Assembly: GCA_951406725.2 (NCBI GenBank)
Contig: OX597814.1
Span: 110,050,001 to 110,114,000 of the forward strand
Source: Octopus vulgaris
Taxonomy: Eukaryota
DNA length: 64,000 nt
Reading direction: 5' to 3'
The notes under the pieces are model-generated. The model did no database searches and was not told where the DNA came from. It worked only from the letters and a program-made list of their open reading frames with translations. A program made the position numbers and the translations under genes. Shown one piece after another: positions 1 through 12,699 of this stretch (position 1 is its first letter; every line of letters begins with the position of its first letter).

Positions 1-289
1 ATGGAGAAGCCTTTGACTTTTGTATTTAAATTGAGGGAAAGAATAACTGTAATCCAGGCTGTCATCTTGTTAGTAGTTCATGTAGGAACCTGGCTCATGT
101 AGTATTCCATCGCTGAAGAAACATCAGTTATACTTCAATTGATTACAATGGGGAAAACTTTGCAGATCCAAGGTATAATGAAACAGGTTTATTTCAGGAG
201 TTGATTGCATTTCACATCATGATGCCTGAGGATGGGAAAGAACAATAATGATTCTTTTATTTTATTTTATTTTATTGCATTTATTGCTT

Positions 290-738
290 TGGCACGTAAA
301 AGGCACCATTCGAGTGTGATCGTTACCAGCGTCGCCTTTCTGGCACTCAAGCCCGGTGCTAGTAGAGTGCTAAGAGCACCATCTGAGCATGATCGTTGCC
401 AGAGCAGCCAACTGGCTTTCATGCCGGCGGCATGTAAAAGGCACCATTCGAGCGTGATCATTACCAGCATCACCTTACTGGCACCTGTGCTGGTGGTATG
501 TGTAAAAAGATTTGAGCGAGGTCGTTTCCAGTACCGCCTGAATGGCCCCGTGCTGGTGGCACATAAAAGCACCCACTACATTCTCGGAGTGGTTGGCATT
601 AGGAAGAGCATCCAGCTGTAGAAACTCTGCCAGATCAAGACTGGAGCCTGGTGCAGCCATCTGGTTCGCCAGCCCTCAGTCAAACCATCCAACCCATGCT
701 AGCATGGAAAGTGGACGTTAAACGATGATGATGATGAT
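290..738 (+). mobile_element. RTE-LINE 3' UTR-type repeat with internal tandem units and (GAT)n tail
   Basis: Contains GTTGGCATTAGGAAGAGCATCCAGCTGTAGAAA...AACCCATGCTAGCATGGAAAGTGGACGTTAAACGATGATGAT. The same body follows RTE-type RT coding sequence at 4655-5405. Other copies: ~1680-1878(+), 8535-8820(-), 12245-12480(-), 14965-15123(+), 27001-27153(-), 32300-32400(-), 47096-47361(-), 49839-50105(-), 59610-59750(-). Confidence 0.75.
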
Positions 739-898
739 TGTATAACTTTATATGTTGTATGGAATAAAAAGTGTTTGGTTATGGAAAGATTTTAACATCA
801 AAACTTTTGGGAACAATAATGGTTTATTGGGTTAGAAGGTTGTGGATTTTTTTCCGCATTGAAGGACAAGCTGAAAAAAATTATTTTATATTTCACAG

Positions 899-918
899 TT
901 GGCAACCAGGATTTCCAG
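899..918 (+). other. Candidate 20-nt micro-exon
   Basis: ttattttatatttcacag|TTGGCAACCAGGATTTCCAG|gtatgc shows a good acceptor and donor, but no partner exons were identified. Confidence 0.15.
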
Positions 919-1086
919 GTATGCGAATAGAAATCTAAGAGCTAAGGAATGGAGTAGATAAGATCTAGGCTACATATGTTTTATAGCAAGTGGAACCTCG
1001 GAAGTGGTAAATATCCAAGTCAGGTGTATACTGCAGGCTACTCATCAGGCCAAGTGTATCTTGATTCTATAAAGTTTAACTTGTCT

Positions 1087-1129
<43 letters not shown>

Positions 1130-1170
1130 GTATATATTTGTATGTATGTGTATATATATTTGTATGTATG

Positions 1171-1220
<50 letters not shown>

Positions 1221-1947
1221 TATGCATGTATTTTTTAATAACTAGAAATGCTTCTAGATCTGTTCCCATGATAAAATCAATAAGTTAAAGATGAAGAATG
1301 CAAAAAGAGAGAATTTCATGAAACTAAGAATTAATTTCAGAAGATTAATTTATTTGCACAGGAGGAAATCTGACCTTTGTTGGGAAGCTTGGATCCGTTA
1401 AGAGAAGAATTAACTCTCAAAATTGGTGCTTATATCTTTCAAATTATTCTTAACTTCTTGAAATATTTCCACAGGCAATATTTTACCATAACCACTGAGA
1501 TTATTATGAAGGATTCGAAATTTGGTAAAGTCTTCACTTTCAATATGGCAACCCCAAATTGATAATTTCTTTACAAATTATCTCAGACTGATAATAACAT
1601 GTCTGTTTGAGATATACAGCACATTTCTTTACCTAAGAAGACCTATCCTCTTCAATAGATTTGATACTCTTAAACCATAGTGCCATGTAAAAAGCACTGG
1701 TGATGGTGTCATTTAAATAGCATTTGGTACACTTTCTAAAGTGAATGGCATTAGGAAGGGCATCCAGCTGTAGGATCCAAGCCAAAACAGACTGTAGAAC
1801 CTGGTGTGGCTCCTGGCCTTGCCAGCTGCTGTCTACTATCCAACCCATGGAAAATGGACATTAAATGATGACGATGATAAGGATTCTCTCTATATTTTAA
1901 AAGTCCCTCCATTACTTCTTTAAAATTAGAAAGTGACTCTTTCTCAT

Positions 1948-2175
1948 TTCTTTATTGTCCACAAGGGGCTAAACATAGAGGGGACAAACAAGGACAGACA
2001 AGGGGATTAAGTCAATTACATCGACCCAGTGCGTAACTGGTACTTAATTTATCGACCCTGAAAGGATGAAAGGCAAAGTTGACCTCAGCGGAATTTGAAC
2101 TCAGAACGTAAAGACAGACGAAAAACTGCTAAGCATTTCGCCTGGCATGCTAACATTTCTGCCAGCTCGCCACCT
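1948..2175 (-). mobile_element. tRNA-derived SINE with Meta-domain-like core
   Basis: The reverse complement has head AAGGTGGCGAGCTGGCAGAA, B-box GAGTTCAAATTCC and core GCCTTTCATCCTTTCAGGGTCGATAAATTAAGTACCAG. About 20 copies occur, e.g. 6030-6240(-), 7386-7615(-), 9612-9828(-), 9875-10080(-), 10908-11121(-), 25090-25305(-), 25675-25870(-), 32115-32290(+), 50750-50955(+), 53630-53845(+), 53968-54187(-), 54256-54460(+), 61700-61897(-). Confidence 0.8.
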
Positions 2176-3424
2176 TATTTGTACAGCGGGGTTCACCACT
2201 CTCCACCCCCGCTGGAGCCTCGTTAAGCTTAGGTGTTTTTGCTCAATAAATACTCACAATGCACAGTCTGGGAATCGAAACTGCGTTCTTACGACTGCGA
2301 GTCTGCTCCCCTAACCACTCTTCATTGTACTAAGTTATGGGGATGTAAACGCATCAACATCAGTTATCAAACTGTGGTGGGAGACAAACACACACACACA
2401 CATGATGTACTTCTTTCAGCTTCTGTCTACCAAATCCACTCACAAGGCTTTGTCAGTCAGTGGCTGTAATAGAAGATGCTTGCCCAAGGTGCCATGCAGT
2501 GGGACTGAACCTGGAGTCATATGATTGAGAAGCAAGCTTCTTACTGCACTGTCACACGTGTTAAGACTGAAAATACACAAAAATTATTTAGCGTCTAACC
2601 CCAACTACACCAGCATTTTAACTGACAGCACCCTGGGTAGCAACATTGCCACACTTTCAGATAGCAATTATTGTAAAAATTCTCCAAATTATTATTTGCT
2701 CAACAGAATTACTATACACCATTATAGAAACATGAAACCATTAAAGTAGAGACCCATACCCTAGCTTTTGATCCTCATACCCACAAGTGGTACGGCTGCC
2801 ACCCACAGTTAAGATCAGCTAGTCTAATTCCTCAGAAATTCTTCACTGCAGGCCATCGTAATTCAGTTTTGGATGTGTACATTCTATAAATTTCATTTCA
2901 CTTCGTTATCAAAGACGCAGATGTAATCGTTGAACTTCAAATGTAGCCGTTTGTTGAATGAAAGAGAAAAAGAAAGAAAGAAAGAAAGTAAAAAATGGTT
3001 ATCTTTTGACCTTTTACCCTTGAATTTGTTACTCTGATGAAGCTGTTATGAAATATGTTTGTGCATATTTATTAACGTGTGTGTGCATATGTTTGATAAT
3101 TTCCAGTTCATTCTATCAAAACGTACACAAGTTTCCTGTTTGCCATTGATAAGAAGACACCAAAAGTAGAGAACGGCGATAAAAGTACAAGTTTTGCCGG
3201 AGCTCATTATCTTAATGAGAAAGATATTACTGTTGTTTTTTTACTTCCAAGCACATCGTGAATATAAAACTACTGAGATAAACTCAGGTAAGCAGTCTAG
3301 ATTATATATGGCGAAATGTAACTAAAGCCAGCTGAAAAGAAAAAAAAATCTTTGCTTTTTGCATTGAAAGGAAGAAAATCAATGAGTCTTTTCTTTGGAT
3401 TTGTTTTTTGGTAACAGCTGGCTT

Positions 3425-3458
<34 letters not shown>

Positions 3459-3877
3459 CGATCATCATCATCATCGTCATCATCATCATTTTAATGCTTG
3501 CTTTACCATGCTTGTAATGCATTGGATGGAATTTGTCAAGGCAGATTTTCCAAGCATGTGGTCTTGGGTTCAGTTACATTGTGTGGCACCTTGGGTATGT
3601 GCGTTCTATAGCTCTGAGCAAACAAAGCCTTGTCAGGGGATATGGCAGATGGAAACTGAAAGAAGCCTGGTTTGTGTGAGTGTGTTAGTGTACCCGTCTT
3701 GACATTGCATGATAATCGTAAACAAATATCACTGTCATACAAGCAGTATTCATCACTTCCCAGTCTTCCTTGCAAAATGTGACTGGCCATGGAGACATCT
3801 TACCTTACTGGGAGCCTTGTTAAAGGCACCAGAATTTAGTATGGTATTATCCATATAATTCAAAATGGGGTGATTAC

Positions 3878-4023
3878 AATCAAAATAAGCAACAAGGATA
3901 TCCAGAGGTAATGCAGTCCGATCGTTTCATGCGACTCCATTTAATTGATTGTTCAGTTAAATGGAGTCGTATGAAACGATTGTACTGCATTATTTCTGGA
4001 TATCCTTGTTGCTTATTTTGATT
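3878..4023. repeat. Long hairpin: 71-bp arms, 4-nt loop, abutting a (TA)n tract
   Basis: 3878-3948 is the reverse complement of 3953-4023 with 6 mismatches. Confidence 0.92.
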
Positions 4024-4047
4024 ATATATATATATATATATATATAC

Positions 4048-4620
4048 CATCATCATCGTTTAGCGTCTGCTTTCCATGCTAGCATGGGTTGGACAGTTCA
4101 ACTAGGGTCTGGGAAGCCAGAAGGCTGCACCCGGCCCAGTCTGATCTGGCAGTGTTTCTACGGCTGGATGCCTTTCCTAACGCCAACCAATCCGTGAGTG
4201 TAGTGGGTGTTTTTTACGTGCCACCGGCACAGGTGCCAGACAAGGCTGGCAAACGGCCACGATCAGATGGTGCTTTTTACGTGCCACCGGCATGGGGGCC
4301 AGGCGAGGCTTGCAACGGCCACGATCAGATGGTGCTTTTTACGTACCACCGGCACGGAGGCCAGTTGGGGTGGCGCTGGCAACGGCCATGTTCAGATGGT
4401 TCTCTTACGTACCACCAGCACTGGTATCACAGCTACAATTTCCATTGATGTTGATCGATTTTGATTTTGATTTTGATTTTCACTTGCCTCAACAGGTCTT
4501 CACAAGTGTCCCAAGAAGGAAAAGTATGTATAAGTGGACTAGCACATCCCAGGTAGACGCCACGAGTTATGGTCTCATTTGTCCTGCCGGGTCTTCTCAC
4601 GCACAGCATACTTCCAAAGG
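4048..4620 (-). mobile_element. RTE-LINE 3' UTR-type repeat with ~60-bp internal tandem units
   Basis: Starts with (CAT)n CGTTTAGCGTCTGCTTTCCATGCTAGCATGGG and contains repeated GGTGCTTTTTACGTGCCACCGGCAC units. Confidence 0.75.
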
Positions 4621-4651
<31 letters not shown>

Positions 4652-4654
4652 GTA

Positions 4655-5405
4655 AGCAGCCATGCTACATGGCAGTGAAACATGGGCTGTGATTGCTGAG
4701 GCCATGCATAAACTTCAAAGAAATGAAGCCAGTATGCTTCGTTGGATGTGCAATATCAGTGTGCATGCATGACAGAGTGTAAGCATCTTGAGGGAAAAGT
4801 TGGGCATAAGATGTGATGCATATAGATGTGGACAGTTGTGTGATGAAGTGCTGATCTCTACCAGTGGAAGGAAACTGTGGAAGAGGGAGACCCAGGAAGA
4901 CATAGGATGAGGAGGTGAAGCATGATCTTCAAAAGTTGGGTATCACAGTGGCAATGACAAATGACCAGTACCTTTGGCATTATGCCGGGCTTGAGAAGAC
5001 CTGTCAAAACAAGTGAAATCATAACTGTGGTCATTGTCAGTGTCACGGAATTGGCACCTGTGCTGGTGGAATGTAAAAAACACCTTTCGAGTGCTGGGCC
5101 TCACGAAGGCAATGACAAATGACCGAGACCTTTGACAATAAGCTGTGCTTTAGAAGGAAGATCCATCAAACCGAGTGACATCATAGTTGTGACAGATACT
5201 GGTGTCATGGAACTGGCACTCATGCTGGTGGCACATAAAAAGCACCCATTACACTGTTGGAATGGTTGGTGTTAAGAAGGGCATCCAGCCATAGAAACCA
5301 TGCCAAATTACACTGGAATCTGGTGCAGCCCCTCGGCTTACCAGCCCTGGTCAAACTGTCCAACCCTTGCCAGCATGGACAACGGATGTTAAATGATGAT
5401 GATGA
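4655..5405 (+). mobile_element. RTE-clade LINE 3' fragment (decayed RT C-terminus, 3' UTR, GAT tail)
   Basis: Translates AMLHGSETWAV...EASMLRWMCNISV*...LREKLGI and RGRPRKT*, which are typical RTE C-terminal motifs; has in-frame stops. Confidence 0.8.
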
Positions 5406-5707
5406 GATGTGTGTGTACTCATGCCATGCTGGTTGCCCAAGGGAGTTTATACATCCATATCGGTTAGCGGTTATTTTCAATACTTTTCTTGCTGGATTAA
5501 GTGTTCGTTTCTCTTTCTGTCTTCTGCAATTTTATTTTTGGATCTTCTCTATATGTAAAGAATTTCCCTCTGTCTGCCTGTTTTTCTCTCTGCAAAATGA
5601 GGATTTGCATTATGGAACTGTTATTTTAACGACATTTTTTATTTATTTATCACCCAACGAGATACATCCGCACTGCTGGATGCTCCTGTACCAGTTTTTG
5701 TGTGTTC

Positions 5708-5750
5708 CACAAGAGGAGTCGATGCTGAATGTATCGAAACAATTGTTGTG
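5708..5750 (+). ncRNA. Degenerate minimal hammerhead-like motif in a Penelope-like 3' remnant (~5470-5800)
   Basis: cac-aaGAGGA-gtc-gatgc(tgaat)gtatc-GAAA-CAATTG-T-T-gtg. Stem II and palindromic helix III are intact, the CU of the core is lost, and the remnant ends in (TA)n. Confidence 0.4.
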
Positions 5751-5813
5751 ATTAATAATATATTCTCGTATATTCCATCTTCTGTCTTTCATTTGTTATA
5801 TATATATACATAC

Positions 5814-5934
5814 ACGTCTGGCATAAAAATAGGCATGCTGTTCTGGCCAAATATCTGAAGCGTTATCAATATTGTCAAGTGCAATAACCAGTGTGAAACC
5901 AACAGAAACATTATGATCTTCTGTCTGCCAAAAC
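5814..5934 (-). other. Candidate exon, possibly encoding a signal-peptide-like N-terminus
   Basis: ttttacag|GTTTTGG...GACGT|gtatgt. Two frames are open; ATG at 5911 gives MFLLVSHWLLHLTILITLQIFGQNSMPIFMPD. The donor lies at a TA-repeat edge. Confidence 0.2.
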
Positions 5935-6308
5935 CTGTAAAATATTGATCAACAGTATATTAAAATATAACCACACTATTTCCCATATTGTGGTTTTTCT
6001 GACTTATAAGTAACTAGTAATAATTCTTTCTAATTTTGGTGCAAAGCCAGCAGCTATCCAGGAAAATAGCAAATTGATTACATCAACCTCAGTACTTGAC
6101 TGGTATTTTATTTTATTGACCCTAAAATGGATGGAAGGCAAGACTGACACCAGCAAGATTTGAACTCAGAGTAAAAAGAGCCAGAAGAAATACCACTAAA
6201 CCATTTTGTCTGAAATGCTCATGATTCTGCAAGCCCACTGCTTTTTCACCTAACTACCCAACTAACTAACCAACTAGCTCAATCACTTACTAACTAATAA
6301 CAATGATA

Positions 6309-6372
<64 letters not shown>

Positions 6373-6394
6373 TGATGATAGTAGTAGTAGTAGT

Positions 6395-6863
6395 AAGGCA
6401 TCATCGAAAATGATAATGCAAAGATCCTGTGGGATTTTATGATTCAGTGCAATCATGAGATAGAGAATAGTAAACCAGACATGTTGCTCATTGAGAAAGA
6501 AAGCAAATGATGCTGGATCATAGATATAGCATGCCCAGCTGACAACAAGGTATGTGACAAGGAAGAAAGAAAAGTCGGATATGACAGGTTAGCTTGGGAG
6601 GTTAAGCAGTTGTGGTCAATGAAAAAGGTGGTAGTAGTACCAATAATTGTTGGAGCCCTAGGAACAGTGAGTAAAAATCTTGAGAAGTACATGGAACAAA
6701 TAGGGGCTGCAATAAAGTTGGAGTACTTGCAGAAAACAGCACTGCTTGGAACTGCTCAAGTACTCCAGATGGCGCTCGAAAAATAAGGGGTGTTACCTTA
6801 GTTCACTGGTAGTGAACAGCTGACACCATAGTACATCTCCAGCATTAGAAGTTGTGCAAAGAC
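6395..6863 (+). mobile_element. R4/Dong-type RLE retrotransposon 3' fragment, subfamily A
   Basis: ILWDF...KPD...IIDIACP...DRLAWEVKQLWSMKKVVVVPIIVGALG; begins just after a (TAA)n tract and ends in AAT repeats. Confidence 0.8.
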
Positions 6864-6919
6864 AATAAATCATAATAATAATAATGGTGGTCAATGAAGA
6901 GAGGAGAGGAAACACAAAG

Positions 6920-7200
6920 TCTTTTCGGATCCTTCCATCTGGCATGCGATGAACATGACTGAGCCAACACAAGTGACACTCTGGGAGCAAGTTGTGTATG
7001 CTGAGTATCTTGGCTCGATTGAGGACTTCAGTGTTGGTGATGTGGTTGGTCCACTTGATGTGCAAAATGCGTCTTAAATTATAAAGATGAAAGACATTGA
7101 GACACCGCTCCTGTCTAGAGCAGAGGCTCCACGTCCCACTGCCATTAAAGTAGCGTACTTAGAATGCACACCTTTATGACAACAATTTTGATCTTTGCAG
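6920..7200 (-). mobile_element. RTE (BovB-like) LINE fragment
   Basis: ILHIKWTNHITNTEVLNRAKILSIHNLL...WLSHVHRMPDGRIRKD matches the RTE RT C-terminal pattern. Confidence 0.75.
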
Positions 7201-7221
7201 CCAGTTTTTTATATGTATATA

Positions 7222-7676
7222 CAGGGTGTTCAAAAAGTCTCTCCGCAGTGAATTTTTTCCTCCAAGATGTATTTCAAAACATGTGTAGAAGAGTCAACTT
7301 ATGTATTGAAAATGAAGGACAACACTTTCAACACCTCTTATAAAGTTTTGTAAAGTCTAATATATTCTTTTGTAGTCTTATACCTATTTCTTTACTACCC
7401 ACAAGGGGCTAAACACAGAGGGGACAAACAAGGACAGACAAACGGATTAAGTCGATTATATCAACCCCAGTGCATAACTGGTACTTAATTTATCGACCCC
7501 GAAAGGATGAAAGGCAAAGTCGACCTCAGCGGAATTTGAACTCAGAACATAACGCCAGACAAAATATGGCTACACATTTTGCCTGGCGTGCTAACGATTC
7601 TGCCAGTTTGCCGCCTCTGATAAATATTTCTTTTGCAATAAAATACTTACTGCAGAGAGACTTTTTGAACAACCTT
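7222..7676. mobile_element. Tc1/mariner-type MITE with a nested SINE (7386-7615)
   Basis: TIRs CAGGGTGTTCAAAAAGTCTCTCCGCAGT / ACTGCAGAGAGACTTTTTGAACAACCTT with TA flanks. Confidence 0.7.
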
Positions 7677-8992
7677 ATATATAATCAAGAAGAACGGAAA
7701 ATTATACATCTTCAAAATTTATTTTATTAACATATTTTATTCTCTGTTCTTCTTTATGATGTCTTGATTTATATCCTCCATATGTTTCACGCAATCCAAA
7801 GAAATGAACTCAGGTCTTACTTATTGAGTGTAGTACAATCTTAAATGATTCTGTCTGTTTCTTTGCATTCAATGTGGTTAGCCATATCTGGATTATTTCA
7901 GACTGCTTATAAAGTACCTGCCCAGATTCCAAATCTCAATTCCTTTGTGTTATTTATATATATATACACAGGCACATATACATATACACATATATGTATA
8001 TACATACTCATATGCACACAAACTCACATGCATATACACATATGCACATATATATGTATACAAACAAAAATGTATATATATATATATACACACGGTATTT
8101 TCAAATACTTTGATTGAAGCTTTGTATTTCAGCTGATGAACACAAAAGCTGAAGACAAGAAACGAGATTTTGGTGCAAAACATGAAATGAGAAGCAACTG
8201 ACATCACTTCAATATGGCAGTGATGAGGATGAGTATGAGGAGAGTGTAGAGAGAGAGAGAGAGAGAGAGGAAGAAGAGGAGAGACAGGGTGAGGAGAAGA
8301 AGATAAAGACGATGGAAGAACAACAACAGAAGATTTAGAGCAGAGTAAAGAGGAGGAAGGGAGAGGAGATGGAGGAGGAAGAGGAGGTGGAGAAAGAAGG
8401 TGGCTGGCGATGAGGAAGATGGGCAGTATTTTCAGTGCAGCACAGCTACTGCATCGTCTATTGATCGTCAAGAATGGCACTTAGAGAACTCTTGTTCATT
8501 TGCTTATGGTGTGGAAATATTTCATTTCAGATGGCATCATCATCATCGTCGTTGTCATCATCACCATCATCATTATCATCATCATCATTATCATCATCAT
8601 CCTTTAATGTTCGTTTTCCATGCTGGCATGGGTCAGACGGTCTGACAGGAACTGGTCAGCTGGAGAGCTGCCCAGGCTCCGATTGTCAGTTTTGGCATGG
8701 TTTCTCTAGCTGGATGCCCTTCTTGATGCCAACCATTTTACAGAGTGAACTGGGTGTTTCTATACACCACCAGTGTGGGTGCATTTACGTTGCACTGGCA
8801 TGGATGCATTTTACATGGCAAAAGTGGAATATAAAGGAAATTAGAATAGAGTGCCCAGTAGAACTGTTACAAAAGGTTTGCCTCCATGGCATAACCAGAA
8901 TAACCAGGAGAGTATTAGATAGTTGAAAAGAACAGATAGCAAGCCCACTATACATGCAAGACTCCAGGAGCTCCAGCAAAACATGAGTTAAA

Positions 8993-9048
<56 letters not shown>

Positions 9049-9587
9049 GGAATATATTTGCAGACATGATAGAGTTGGGACCTATTATACACTGAAAGCT
9101 GTACCAACACTATGGAATAACAACAGAAAAAGGATGGTATAGACACACACCAGTAAAGGTCACAAAAAATGAGAAAGCAACCATACTCTGGGATATGCCA
9201 ATACACACAGATAGAGAAATTAAGGCCACTAGGCTGGATATAGTTGTCAAAGATCATCAAGAAGAAAAACTGTTTTCTAACTGATATATCAATATCAACA
9301 GACCTGGAAACAGAGATAACTTGAATGTGGAGCCTAAAAACAGAAACAATTCCTATCATAGTCGGTGCTTTAGGTATGATAAAAAAAACATTCAAATATA
9401 TAACCCAAACACCAGGATTTACAAGTATATATAACATATAAAAAATAGCACTACCAGGCACTGCACACATAAAACACTTTCAATGCAGTAAAAATAAGAA
9501 CATCACAACAAACCATAACACATATCCACGGCACAGAGCTGTGCTCAGTAGTGCAGTGAAAGCATGTGATAAAATCAAGACTACTGA
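9049..9587 (+). mobile_element. R4/Dong-type 3' fragment, subfamily B, decayed
   Basis: RHDRVG...ENEKATILWDMPIHTDREIKA...IPIIVGALG with frameshifts; bounded by (TAA)n on both sides. Confidence 0.8.
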
Positions 9588-10100
9588 ATAATAATATTAA
9601 TAATAATAGTAATCCTTTCTGCTATAAGCACAAAGCCTGGAATTTAAAGGGAGGGGGATAGTCAATTACATTGACCTCCAGTACTCAACTGGTACTTATT
9701 TTATCGATCCTAAAAGAATGAAAGGCAAAGTCGACTCTAGCAGCATTTGAACTCAAAACATGGAGACAGATAAAAGACCACTAAGCATTTTGTCCAACGT
9801 GCCAAAGATTCTGCCAGCTTGCTGCCTTAATAATAATAATAAGAAGAAGAATAATAATAATAATAATAATAATCTTTTCTGCAGAAGGCCTGAAATTTAA
9901 GGGAGGGAGCAGGTTAATTACATTGATCCCAGAGACCAACTGGTCCTTATTTCATTGACCCCAAAAGGATAATAGGTTAAATTTGACTTCAGCAGAATTT
10001 GACCCCAGAATACAAAGATGGATGAGATGCTGCTAAGAATTTTATCCTGTGTGGTAACAATTCTGCGAGCTTTCCACTTTAATGATGATGATAATAATAA

Positions 10101-10884
10101 GATAAGACGAACAGAGAAAAAGTTGGCTGTGGATGACTAAAAGTGATTTAAAACCGGAAACAGAGGCTCTAATCTGTGCTGCCCAAGACCAAGCACTAAG
10201 AACAAACTACATAAAATACAGAATAGACAACACACCAGGAAGTGATAAGTGCAGAATTTGTGGACAAAATGGTGAAATTGTATGGCATATAACTAGCCAA
10301 TGTATGCCACTAGCCCAGAAGGAATATAAAAGATGCCACAACAATATAGCCAGGCTTGTCCATTGGACACTTTGCAACAAGTATGGACTTGACAGAGCAA
10401 AAAATTGGTACAAGGCATTGTCGAAAATGGAACTGCAAAGATCCTACAGGATTTTATGATTCAGTGCGACCATGAGATAGAGAATAGGAAGCCAGATATG
10501 GTGTTAATTGAGAAAGAAAGCAAACTATGCTGGATCATAGATATAGCATGCCCAGCTGACAACAAGGTATGTGACAAGGAAGAAAGAAAAGTCGGTAGAT
10601 ATGACAGGTTAGCTTGGGAAGTTAAGCAGTTGTGGTCGATGAAAAAGATGGTTGTAGTACCAATAATTGTTGGAGCCCTGGGAACAGTGAGCAAAAATCT
10701 CAAAGAAGTACATGGAACAAATAGGGGGTGCAATAAGGGTGGAGCACTTGCAGAAAACAGCACTGCTTGGAACCGCTTGAATAATCCGGAAGGCACTCAA
10801 AAAATAAGAGGTGTTACCTTAGATCACTGGTAGTGAACAGCTGACACCATAGTACATCTCCAGTGTTAGAAGCTGTGCAAAGGC
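10101..10884 (+). mobile_element. R4/Dong-type 3' fragment, subfamily A (zinc knuckle plus RLE)
   Basis: ORFs 10133-10459 and 10405-10833: ETEALICAAQDQALRT, CRICGQNGEIVWHITSQC (CCHC), KPDMV...IIDIACP; frameshifted; TAA flanks. Confidence 0.85.
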
Positions 10885-11155
10885 AATAATAATAAATAAT
10901 AATAATCCATTCAACTAAAGCACAAGGCTTGAAGTTTTGTGGGCAGGTGGGTCTGGTCAATTACATTGATCCCAGTACTTGAGTGGTATGTATTTTATTG
11001 GCCCTGAAACGATCAAAGGCAAAATCACCTTCAGTGAAATTTGAACTCAGGACATAAAGACAGTTGAAATGTTGCTAAGCAATTTGTCTAGTACACTAAG
11101 GATTCCGTCAGCTCACTGCCATTATAATGATGATAGTAATAATGATAATAACAAT

Positions 11156-11473
11156 GATATAAGGACCTGGAAATTGAAATACAAAAGATGTGGCATTTTA
11201 AAGCAAGAACATTTCCTGTTATTGTGGGTGCCCTAGTTATGATAAGAAAGGGATGTCAGAAACATCTAGAGAAATCCAAAAAGATTGTGCTGACAAATAC
11301 TGCCCACATTTAAAAAAAAACCCCACTGATTTAAATGTTTGTGTTGTATTACCTTAAGATATTCTCCTCCTCAAACTGTCAGTCATGCTGTAACATCTCT
11401 TATCCTTCACTTGCCTTAGGATGCTGGGTGTGTCTCAGCAAGTGATTGTAACAAACATGCAGATTAAAAGTAA
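11156..11473 (+). mobile_element. R4/Dong-type short 3' fragment, subfamily D
   Basis: YKDLEIEIQKMWHFKARTFPVIVGAL followed by a 3' UTR and (TAA)n. Confidence 0.65.
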
Positions 11474-11499
11474 ATAATAATAATAATAATAATAATAAA

Positions 11500-11750
11500 T
11501 GCCATGATGCAGTACCAGGCAGTAGTTCTCATGGCTTCTGATCTTAACTGACTGGAAGTGTTATCATGTACGTTGTTTTACCTTGGTATAATAGATGGGC
11601 TACAGTAAATATTCTGCTCAGTACCACAGATTTGCTTGTCGGTTGTTTGACTTTAACCAGTTGAGCATGTCCCTTGGTGGTTGACGATATGTGCATCTCT
11701 GATCACGAGCAGAAGTAGTGAGGGAGCATCATAGCCATGACTCTGTAGTT
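11500..11750 (+). mobile_element. Fragment of a TAA-tailed non-LTR 3' repeat (same family as 63520-64000)
   Basis: 11593-11740 matches the reverse complement of ~63835-63985; starts directly after (TAA)n. Confidence 0.65.
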
Positions 11751-12699
11751 GAGAGAAAGGCCTATTATTGTTATTCTCCTGAATGTTTTTTTGTGATTCT
11801 GTTCATTAGTTTGCTGTGTAAGCAGCTGTTTCATTTTTTAGCTCAGGAGCCCAGGTCTGAGACGGTTACTATTCTATATAACCTTGTTATGTTAGTCTCA
11901 ATGTGTGTACAAGTATTACATTTTTGACAAGCACAACTATGGACTGAAACCAAAGACATAAATTATTTTATATAATGAAGATCTGTGAATTTATTCATCA
12001 AAACAAGAATTAGGACATTTTTTCTGGCAGTTATTTAAAACACTGCTAGACACATTCCAGTCTTATTAAAAACTCATCAACAAAACATAGACTTCACCAA
12101 TGTGAGAAGCACTTGCTGTAGGAGTAGGTGTGATGAGAGAATCATTAAGTAAATGGTAAATATATATGCTTGTACATTAACTGGAATACAATATCGGCAG
12201 ATTTTAAAGAAAAAAAAATTCTCAAAGAATGAATTTCTCATGCAGCATTATCAACATCATCATTATTTAATGACTATGTTCTATATTGGGATGGGATGGA
12301 TGTTTCAATCAGCTCTTACAAGTCAGAGCACTTCGTTGAACTTCAGTGTCTACTTTGACATGGTTTCTCTGGCTGGATACCTTTTCTAACACCAACCACT
12401 TTACATTGTGTATTGGGTGCTTTTTCCATGACAGCAGCACTGTTCAAGTGACCCAGTAACTCACAAGACAAGACCTTTTGACTGAGAGGTGGTGGTGGTG
12501 GGTTATTGAGAGAGGTGGAGTTTTTTTGCCAGAGTAAGGTATTTGGTTCATAAGATGATTGTTGGGAATAAAGACTTATATGTGATACACTGGTGGAAAA
12601 AGAAAAGCAGGAAAGAGGACATTTTATTCTGCAATTCATTTCTATTCCTTCAACAACTAGAAATTGTATATTTGAAATGATAGAATCCATTTTTAATGA

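Noticed and set aside
976-1269. YI/IY-repeat ORFs here and at 7845-8136, 26775-27028, 38782-39161, 39777-40455, 41620-42015 and 58582-58909
   Set aside because: Translations of (TA)n, (CA)n and (GATA)n microsatellites.
3030-3062. CTGATGA...GAAA hammerhead-like spacing
   Set aside because: Neither stem I nor stem II pairs.
1362-3287. + strand splice-like signals (1362, 1475-1524, 3107-3287)
   Set aside because: No coherent reading frame or recognisable protein; could be chance or non-coding exons.
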